Shown: positions 54,982-64,000 of the stretch, piece after piece
Numbering within the stretch: position 1 is the first letter of the stretch
How the letters are laid out: each line of letters opens with the position of its first letter
From: Microbotryum violaceum
Taxonomy: Eukaryota
Direction of reading: 5' to 3'
Length of the DNA stretch: 64,000 nt
Assembly (NCBI GenBank): GCA_001244265.2
Contig: CDLV01000005.1
Coordinates: 434,001-498,000, forward strand
The notes under the pieces: model-generated
Database searches by the model: none
What the model was told of the DNA's origin: nothing
Seen by the model: the letters and a program-made list of their open reading frames with translations, nothing else
Translations under genes and position numbers: made by a program

Positions 54982-56550
54982 TCAAGCCTCCTGCTCCTGA
55001 GCCGGCGCCACACCTTCGTCCGTCGGCATCGCCTGAGCAGCTTCCTCCTTCTTCTCCTCCTGAATCGCGACCTTGACGCTCACGTTCCTCCCCTCAATAT
55101 CCCTGCCCTGCACTTCCTCCAAAGCCCTCTGTTGACTCTTCTCGTCCTTAAAGTCAACAAAAGCGAAACCCTTCGAACGCCCCGCGGTAGGGCCGTAAGG
55201 TCTTTTGATGACGACGGCCGAAACGACATCAAAGTCCTTGAGTGCCTCTTTGAGCGATTCATCGGTCGTCGAGAAGCTGAGGTTCGAGAAGAACAACAAC
55301 GTCTTGGAAGGGCTCCCTTCCGGAGGACCTCTGCGACGAGGCGTTCGAGCGGGACGCGTCGAGTCGCCTTCGTTCGCAGCGCCATCCTCGTTCGTCGCAT
55401 AGGTAGCCTCGCCATCGGTCGTGGTCGTCTTCTTCTTGGACTTGCGCGCGCGCGAAGCTCGCTTGCGTTCACCCGAAGCGGCGGCGTCATCGGTCCCGGC
55501 GACGAGCTCACCGTTCTCGCCAGTTGCACCTTCGAGAGGGGCGTCACCGGCCTCTTCGGTCTCGGCGTCGGTACGTGGGCGACGTGCTCCCTTCTTGGAC
55601 TGCAAGGAATGATCGGACAAGTCCCACGTCAGCCAAGGGCGACTCGTTGAACCATCATGGGGTACGCTAAGCTAAATCTTACCCTAGCGTTCCTCTTCTT
55701 GGGCTTGGTCTCCCCCTGTTGTGCCTCACCAGCGTCCTCATCCTCTCCAAGCCCCTTATCAGTGGCTTTCTGAGCGGCCTCTCGGGTCGCCCGACCGGCG
55801 GTGGATTCGGTCGGGGGTTTGGCCAACTCGACGTTGATCTGACGGCCTTGGAGATCGGACTTGTCCAAGGCGGCGACGGCGGCGGTGGCGTCGGTCTCGG
55901 ACGCAAAGGTGACGAAACCGTATCTGGTAAAAGACCGGAGTACGCGGGAGGGGGAGTCAGTTTCGAAGTAGGGTGGGGTGAGAGGAGGTGGGAACGGAGT
56001 GTGGGTAACTGACCCTCGGGATCTCTGCCCCCTCATGATGACTTGGGCCTCGGTGCTGTGGGTAGTGTGAAAATGTCGTCAAATCAGAAAGAGCGATCAT
56101 CACCAGAGAGAAGTCATCAGCTTCCATCATGCCTTTTGACGCGGTTCTATCATGGTCAACTTACACCTTGCCATGGACTGCAAAGGCCTGTTCGAGATCG
56201 GCGTCTTTGGTTTGGAACGACAAGTTGCCCGCAAAGACCTGGCGAATGGGAATGACAGGCTCAGCATCTGCTTGGGGACATGGCAATGCGGAGAGAGTGG
56301 GGACCCGCGGAGGAGAGAGCGTGTAATCAAGCGGCGGGGCGTGGATGGAGAGCGTGCGAGCGGAGCGGCGTGGAGGTGGAGCTGTTTAGGGCCGCCACGT
56401 CGTGGTCGTGTCGGCGTCGACCTCGCAGCGAACGACCCCGCCAGCGAAACACCCCCAGCACCAACACCTCAGTAGATCCGAACTGACCTTGTGTCCTACT
56501 TCTTGGGCGCTGTTAGCTTGAATAGCCTCAGTGATGGGTGCAGCAGACAT
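54982..56550 (-). CDS. RNA-binding protein with two RRM domains
   Basis: RRM1 VFAGNLSF.../GYGFVTF; RRM2 LFFSNLSF.../SKGFAFVDF. Confidence 0.85.
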
Positions 56551-57737
56551 CTTGGGAGCTTTTGCAGATGCGATCGATGTGGTAAAAGAAAGGAGAGATC
56601 TATCTCTCGGTGCAGTGGGCAGGGAGATTGACGAGCACGGCGTTGAGGCGTGTCCGTACAGGGGAGTTGAGGCGGGCGTCAAGTTACGGAGCGGTGCAAG
56701 TTGCTGCTGTTGTAAGTTGATGTGGGAGGCGGGTGGGGAAAGAGAACTGTCAGCTGCTGGCCCACATAAAGAGGCGCCACGCGCCACAGCACTGCCGCAC
56801 AGCACAGCTGCCGCACCACGCCTCACCACTCAGGCGCATCCTCGCACGGAGAAGTCCGTGCCCCACGCGCGTCAGGCTATGGCGTCAGTCTAGCGAAGCG
56901 CCGCGCATCGGCGCATCGGCCAGTCGACAGTCGGCTAGTAATACTGCAGTGAAAGAGCGAGCAAAACGGTCTACGATAGCTACAAGGCGCGGCGAGCACC
57001 ATATCGAGTGCACTTCAAAAAAGTCGTAGTTCACAGTACTCATAGCTAGAACGAGTCGACTGTGGTCGCACCTCGACTTCCTCCGCTTTTACTAGTACGT
57101 CGAGAAGGGATGCAAATTTTGCAGACGCGGGGCCCAACTGAGCGCGAAGGCACGGATCTCGGGAAACGCAATCCACCGCTATGTGTGCTCCAATGCCACT
57201 ACATTTTAAAGCTCAGAGTCACACTTCTCGTATACCTTTGCGACCACTTATCTGTTGCCGCGAGAGCATTTGAAAACGAGAGTGTTGAAACATTCTCATG
57301 GACACACTGGCACTGCCGTCGATCTCTCCGGCGGCGGCCTACTCAAGTGCCCCTGACAACGAGATAGTAGAACAGCTTCTTCGCCTCGAGAGAATGTTCT
57401 TCTTATGATCGAGCTACTCTTGTTACTCTCACACCCTCACGCCAGGCATATCCGGCTCCTCGCTGTTGACTTCGCGCACAAGATCCCGCAGCCTTCGTTG
57501 AGAAACGGTTCGATCTCTTTCAATTTGCTTCTCCACGACAACGATGTGAGGATCTATTGTAGAACCTTTCATGTAAATCTTTCCAATGAGGCCGCACATA
57601 GCAGCCGGAGCTGCCGCAGAAGCTTGACACAGAGTCCAATTGGGACTTAGAGTCGACGCATTGCAATGGCCTGGCAGCAGTGCAAAGGTCTAAGGGGAAA
57701 TGTTGAAGGTGTTAGTAGACCTTGCACTGATATCAGG

Positions 57738-57809
57738 GGCCGGATAGCTTAAAGGTCAAAGCTTTTCTGATTAATGGAAGCGACCCAGGTTCGACTCCTG
57801 GTCCAGCCG
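57738..57809 (+). tRNA. tRNA-like element or tRNA pseudogene, nominal anticodon TTA
   Basis: 72-nt cloverleaf: GGCCGGA/TCCAGCC (one mismatch), GCTT/AAGC D stem, TTTCT/GGAAG anticodon stem, CCAGG-TTCGACT-CCTGG T arm, downstream T-run. Confidence 0.7.
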
Positions 57810-59449
57810 TTCTTCTTCTTTTGTTGATCATTTCGGGATCATCGTTGATTCCAACAAACGAAGGTCGGGAATGGGAAACATGTTTAGGCTCATGTGGGCT
57901 CGCTTTCCACCCTTCTCGAGCAGGAAGGAAGTCACAGGCTGGAATCAAGGCCACCTTCGATGCCGCGAACGCGAGATCGAGAGGCTCGGGGACACGAAGG
58001 GGCTTCTCGCGCTGCCCAGTCGTTCGGCACTCACACGCTACTTTGAAGACAAGTTTAGACTGCTCGGTGACTTAAAGGATCAGAAAGGCAGTTTATTCGT
58101 TCCGGCTTGGTCCAACAGCCGACACTCCCCTTTTTCTTCCAAAGTGAGCAACAAGACCGATGCGATCCGGCGGACCGGCGCTGGAATGCTGATCGCGCGC
58201 GCTCCCAGGGCGGGGCTGAGCTCTCGAGAGATTTTAGGAGATTAAGTCCCCACGAAGCGAAATGCAGTCACCTCACAGATGGATGGATGATTTCCGGATT
58301 CATTCGAAATCGCCCAGGCTCGACACTGTCACTCTACAGGGACAAGATATCCGACGCAACGAGGCGTCACCCGGGGCTCTCTTGCCGACATTTCCAGATG
58401 GCGCAGCATTACCATCCGACTGGCCATCCATCTTCCCTTATAGCAAGTACGCATTTCCACTGAGATACAGGTTTAGCAGGGTTGGGCTTTAGAAACACCG
58501 ACGGTCGGGGCATCGAAGGTACCTAAGTCAAGACCAGGCGGTCCGCCGATAGGGCTGCTCAAAACCTCGGGCCGTGGGGACGTGGGGACGAATACTACGC
58601 CGATAAGCAAGCATCCTCCGAGTCCGTAGCCTACTCTCAGGCGTGAAATCGATCTTCCCTTTCGGTCGGCAGCCGTTCCAGCGGTGCGATCTGGCCCGAC
58701 CAATCCTTTCACCCCTTTTTGAAAGCGCACCTGAAGGAGCTTGCTCGGGCCCCAGAGCCCAGAGCCCCGAGCCCAGAGCCCCACCCTTTCGGCGCCGCCG
58801 CTGCTTTGGGGAAGCTTGTGCATGCATCCGTTTGGGTCCATTGTTTGAAAACGTTACGTCACAATCAGAGCTCTCTCAAGTTTTGCGGTCTAAAAACTTT
58901 GACTAAACACCTATACGCATGCCTGGCTTCACAGATCATGGCCTTCCGGAGAGCGCCGATGTCGTCAGCCCTGATTGCCACCCGGCGACCGCAGATCTCC
59001 ATCTTGAGTCGGTGTCATCGTTGGTGCAGTTCACCATGCTTCATGTAGGATCATGCTACGTACGAGACGGCATAATACCCGTAATCTAAGATCTTCCTCT
59101 CTGCACAATGCTGAGACATTCCAATCAAGACTAGTACGAGGTGCGACGCGACCGTCGGGCAAGTCTCACAACGCTCCCTCACCATGTTGCTGACGTCGAC
59201 CAGACGGCAGTCCGAGCCCTGCTGGCGTGCTAGGCTGCTAGCAGATGGGCTGCACGGCGATCGCGCTGATCCCACGCCGACGGCCGGCGTGCGGCCAGCG
59301 GTAAAACTTCGTACTTGCCTGCCGAAGCCCGCTCCCACCGATTTTCTCGGGCTTCGAGTTTTCACACATCCCTAGAATGGCTTCCATTGTCCCGTAAGAA
59401 CACTGCCTAATTCATTGTATTGACGCCATGTAGAGCTCATATTCCGAGG

Positions 59450-60939
59450 GATCGGCACGAACATCGCTGAGGTCCAATGCCTCATGGACCCTGGACTTCC
59501 GGGCTCAACACCCGTGTCTGGCATGCTAGCGGTGATGGACTTTGAAAAGGCTTACGATCGTCTTTCCCACCCGTACCTTGATGCAGTCCTCTGCGCCGTT
59601 GGCCTCGGCCCCAAAGCCCGCCAATGGTACCGAGCGACCTACACCAACCAATCTGCCTCGATCTTCCTCAACGGTTGGCTCTCTGCCACTTTTGACATCC
59701 TGTCGGGCGTTCGGCAAGGTGATCCTTTGGCTCCGTCTCTCTTCGTCCTGGCGATCGAAGGTTTTGCCTGTCAGATTCGATTGAGAGTCAAGGGCATCGA
59801 TGTTGCGGGCCTCCAAAACGTTCGCGAACTCCTTTTTGCCGACGACGCTTGCTGCGCACTCCACAACCTCTCGGACCTCGACCACCTCAATCGGGCGGTC
59901 GAGCTTTACGAACGGGCAAGTGCCAGCAAGCTCAGCAACGTCAAATCTTTCCTCTACCCCCTTGGAGCTTTTCGGGATCGGTCGATCGCCCCAGATCTTG
60001 GGACCTGGCGTCTCAGCGATTCGCAGTTTCGCTACCTTGATATTCAGGTCGGGGTGGAGATCGCCGAGGATGCGGGCTGGGAAGATGTCAAGGCCTTGAC
60101 CATTGCTCGGATACGCTCGATTCCGATGTACGATCTCCCATATGCAGCCAAGTGTTCGATCATCAACATCTACTGCTACACAAAGATCTTGTACTACAGC
60201 CGATTCCTTCCCGCCCCCAAGAGCGTTGTCAAGGAGATCGAGGAGGCCGCCATGCTCGCCATTCACGGTCGAGCTTCGGATGGTACTCAGCGACGTCCGA
60301 AGGTCTCCCGGTCGCGCCTCTGCACCCCTCTGGATCACGGCGGCTTCGGTTTGATTGATCTGCCTCGGCGTCTAGCAATCGATCACGCAAAGTGGGTCTT
60401 CCAGCTCCGGGCCCCGGACGGCTGCTTCACACGCCACCTCTTCGACATCCGCATCCGCCTCCAGGCACCAAACGAACCAACCCCTTTCACCTTGTCCAGA
60501 CCGGCCCCCAACCAGCATCGTTGCCCTTGGATTTGGATCTGGTGGGTTTACTTTTGCCATCCTCCCCCAAAGTGGGACCATGCGGTGAGAAAAACGACAA
60601 AACTTCTTCCTGCTCGTGGGGTCCGATACTTCGAAGCCTGGGCGTTGGTGACCACGCTCAATCCCCCGGAACTCTCCAAGAGCCAGAACCTCGAGCAATG
60701 GGCGACGCACGTACTCTATTTCCCAGCGGGCCACGGAATACAACTCTCGGTAAACCCGAGGCTTTTTCGAGGGCCCGATGGCGAGGTGATGACCCCGTCT
60801 TCGTTTGTGAACGCGTCCAAACGCCACCAAGTCTTCATCTTCCCCCTTATCTTCAAGGGACACCAGAAGGTATTCGATCTGCCTGAGCAACGCTGGAACG
60901 CTTGGTGGAAGGCTTTGCGCAAGGTTCGCCGGGTTCACT
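59450..60939 (+). mobile_element. Non-LTR (L1/Tx1-like) retrotransposon RT region, 5' truncated and interrupted at the 3' end
   Basis: DFEKAYD, GVRQGDPLAPSLF, LFADD, GGFGL motifs in ORF 59484..60947. Confidence 0.92.
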
Positions 60940-63900
60940 TGTATTAGAACCTAAAGCCGAGGCACGAGATACGTTTAGTACGAGAGCCGAGGATGATCGT
61001 AAAGACAGTTGGAGAAAGAAGAGAAGCGCAGAGTAGGAGCGCGCGAGGCAAGCAATAGCCGCGCGAGGCGACTAATATCAACAACTAGTAACTAATCGTG
61101 ATCGGTAATAGAAGTGGGATGAAACAGTAATATACACTCTGACACCCCCCCGTGCTGTCATACCACTGCACCTTGTAAGCCCAAATTCGTCCAATGGAAG
61201 ATGAACGGCTTGGGACCCAAGGCCTTGGTGAAGATGTCGGCAAACATGTCGCCAGTGGCGATGTAGCGGACCTCGATCTCTTTCTCAGCAACCCTCTCGC
61301 GGACGTAGTGTTCCGAGATGCAAACGTGACGAGATCCCTGATAGTTGGTCGGGTGTTGTGCCAGAGCAAGCGAACCTTGGTTGTCACCATAGAGCACGAC
61401 TGGACCGGGAACCGGAGCGCCGAGTTCGCTCAGGAGTTTGCTCAGGTGAATGGCGTCCCCGCTAGCATACAAAAGAGAGAGGTATTCCGTGTCGGTAGTA
61501 GACTTGGCGACTCTGTGCTCCCGTTTGGAACACCAAGCAATGGCGGCTCCGGACAAGATGAATGCGTAGCCCATGGTCGATTGCGAGGTTGTCAGGCAGG
61601 CTCCCCAGTTTGCATCCAAGTAGCCATGGAGCGGTTGGTTGGTCTTGCGGTAGGTGAGCCCCAAGTCCAGCGTGCCTTTGATGTAGCGGAGGACGTGCTT
61701 GATGGCTGTCCAATGCTCCGGGCCGGGTTGCTGCGAGAAGCGCTCGAGGTAGCTGACCACGAAAGCGAGGTCCAGACGAGTGCCAACCGCGGCGTACATC
61801 AACGAACCAATGGCCTGCAAGTAGCGAGTGCGATCCTCAGGGGTAGCAGACGAGTTCTCGAAATTGAGGACGACACCGGGTTGCATGGGGACGCTCGCCG
61901 GCTTGGCATCGGCGAATTGGAACCTGGCCAAGATATCTCGAAGGTAGCGTTCTTGGGAAAGTGTGATGGACCCGTTGTGCCCGCGTTTGACTTGGATGCG
62001 AGGATGTATTCGGCAGGCCCGAGACGTTTGATACCATATGCGAGTTCCAACGCGTCGAGAACCCTGTCGATCTCGGCGGTAGAGGGCCCAAACAACAGCA
62101 AGTCGTCAACGTACAAGGCGATGTAATGAGAGTGCCCGTCGTGTTCGCGGCGGTAGATGCAGATGTCCGATCGGGTGGGCACGTATCCGAGGGAGCGCAA
62201 AGTCGAGTCAATCTCCGCGTTCCAGATGGTGCCCGCTTGGCGAAGTCCGTAGATGGATTTGGACAGCCTGAGGATCTTGCCAGGCATGTCGATGCCTTGT
62301 GGAACGCGCATGTAGAGAGGCTTGTCAAGTTTGCCGTGGAGGTACGCCTTGTTGACGTCGGCTTGATGGACATGGTAGCCGTTGGCCGCGGCGAGGGCGA
62401 TGAGAGCCCGAATGGACGTGAACTTGACGACGGGGGCATAGTTCTGCTCGAAGTCGATGCCAGGGCGTTGGGCACAACCGTGGGCGACGAGACGAGCCTT
62501 GCAATCGATGATGTCCCCGTGCTGGTTGCGTTTAGTTCGGAATACCCAGCCCAACCGTAAGAGGATCTCACCCGCGGGGAGCTCACAGGAGTCAATGACT
62601 TCGAACACCTCGTATTCGTTGAGAAGTGAATCGAATTCGTCGTGTGCCGGGCCACCCCACGCGTCCTGTTGTCCCGATCGGATGACATTGCCCCAATTGG
62701 CTGGATCTCGGACAACAGATAAGTCGTGCTCCGCAAAGCCGGCATTGGTGGACGCGAAGGCACGGAGCATGCCCTGGAAGGCGGGAGTGGGTCCATCAGG
62801 TCCGCCAACAAGGTCTTCCCGCGTGATGAGGGTGGGAACGAGTTGGCGGCGAGTCCGGGGGCCAGCGATGATGTTCCGAGCGTCGATTTCACCGTACTTC
62901 CCTGGATCGGGACCAACCTTGGCAACATCGCCGTACTCCCAACTGGGCTTGACTTTGGCGAGTGGAGTTGGTTCCGGTGGTGCTGGTTCCGGAGGACGCT
63001 GCGGCAGGTGGATCGAAGAAGTGGCATCGTCGTCGAGCGAAGGCGGCTGGGTGGGTTCGACGAGCACGGGAGGTAACGGCGTTGCCGGAGCGTCGGCAGG
63101 TGGAGGACGGGGATAGAAACCCGGAACGGAAGGCGGTGTGATGCGGGCGGGAACGGCAACGAAGGGGAACTCGGTTTCGAGGAACGTCACATTCCGGCTC
63201 AAACTCATGCGCATCGAGGAGGGATCGAGAAGGCGCCAGGCTTTCGCGTGTCGATCGTAACCCACAAAGACCAGCGGAATCCCTTTTGGGTCGAGTTTGT
63301 CCCGACGATGAGCCGGCACGGTGGCCCAGGCGCGACAACCAAATGCTGGAAGCGCCCCACGGTCGGGGGGGGGAGGGGGCGCCTGACCAGCGACAGTTTG
63401 GTACTCCTCCCTTGAGAGCCGCATGAGGCGAAAGGTTCTTGGTGTGGATGTAACACATGGCAGCCTCGTCCCAGCACGTACGTGGGAGTCCCGAGTCAAT
63501 CAGTAAAGCCAGGATGCCCTCCACGATAGATCGGTTGAGCCGCTCGGCTCGACCGTTTTGCTCGGGCGTGTACGGTATGGTCAATTCGCGACGGATCCCA
63601 CGAGCCACGCAAAAACCATTGAAGGCGGTAGAGACGTATTCACCCCCGTTGTCTGAGCGGAGCGTTTTGACCCTGCGACCTGTCTCGTTTTCGATCTCCA
63701 TAAGCCAGTCCTTAAACGTCGGAAGGACCTTGCTCTTGTGCCCGATGGGGTAGACCCAAGTTTTCCTCGAGAAGTCGTCGACGAATGTGACGAGGTACCA
63801 TTTGTGGCTGAACGGCTCCTCTGGAAAGGACAAGACATCCGAGTGGACCAGTGCTAGCGGCTCCGAGGCGTGGAACGACGAAGGGGGGAACGGCAAACGA

Positions 63901-64000
63901 TGGGCTTTGGATGCGAGGCACGCGTTGCAGGTGAAGTCTACACACTCGAGGTCACTAAAGGTCCAATCCAAACCCTCAACCTGGCCAGAGGCCGCCAGTT
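60940..64000 (-). mobile_element. Ty1/Copia LTR retrotransposon, frameshifted, 3' part (integrase, RT, RNase H, 3' LTR 60940-61144)
   Basis: [18 protein letters not shown] integrase; [31 protein letters not shown] RNase H; G7 tract at 61145-61151 next to a TG...CA LTR; domains are split over three ORFs. Confidence 0.95.

Noticed and set aside
58751..58782. 7-bp tandem repeat CCCAGAG
   Set aside because: Short, imperfect and without interpretable context.

Overview
Intron-rich, GC-rich fungal genomic DNA, most likely a basidiomycete of the Microbotryomycetes/Pucciniomycotina type (inferred from splice signals, gene families and transposon types). About 17 spliced protein-coding genes can be reconstructed: a ferric reductase 3' end, a divergent HSF-type factor, Mrc1, an Rcf2/Rcf3-like protein, NDUFB9, Bye1, two CAP64/CAS3-like SGNH proteins, HOM2, a CUE protein, Rab4, a Ser/Thr-rich membrane protein, an O-fucosyltransferase-like protein, a GT90/CAP10-like enzyme, Rcy1, Spo7 and a two-RRM protein. 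Several are nearly invisible in the ORF track because of micro-exons. Mobile DNA includes an integrase-deleted Ty3/Gypsy chromovirus with a solo LTR nested in one LTR, an L1-like RT cut by a decayed Ty1/Copia element, and a related LTR relic 56 kb away. The most notable observations are a loose neighbourhood of four capsule/glycan-modifying genes, two of which look catalytically degenerate, and a tRNA-shaped element with a nominal TTA anticodon at the gene/transposon boundary. All gene models and family calls were made by eye from motifs, without database searches.
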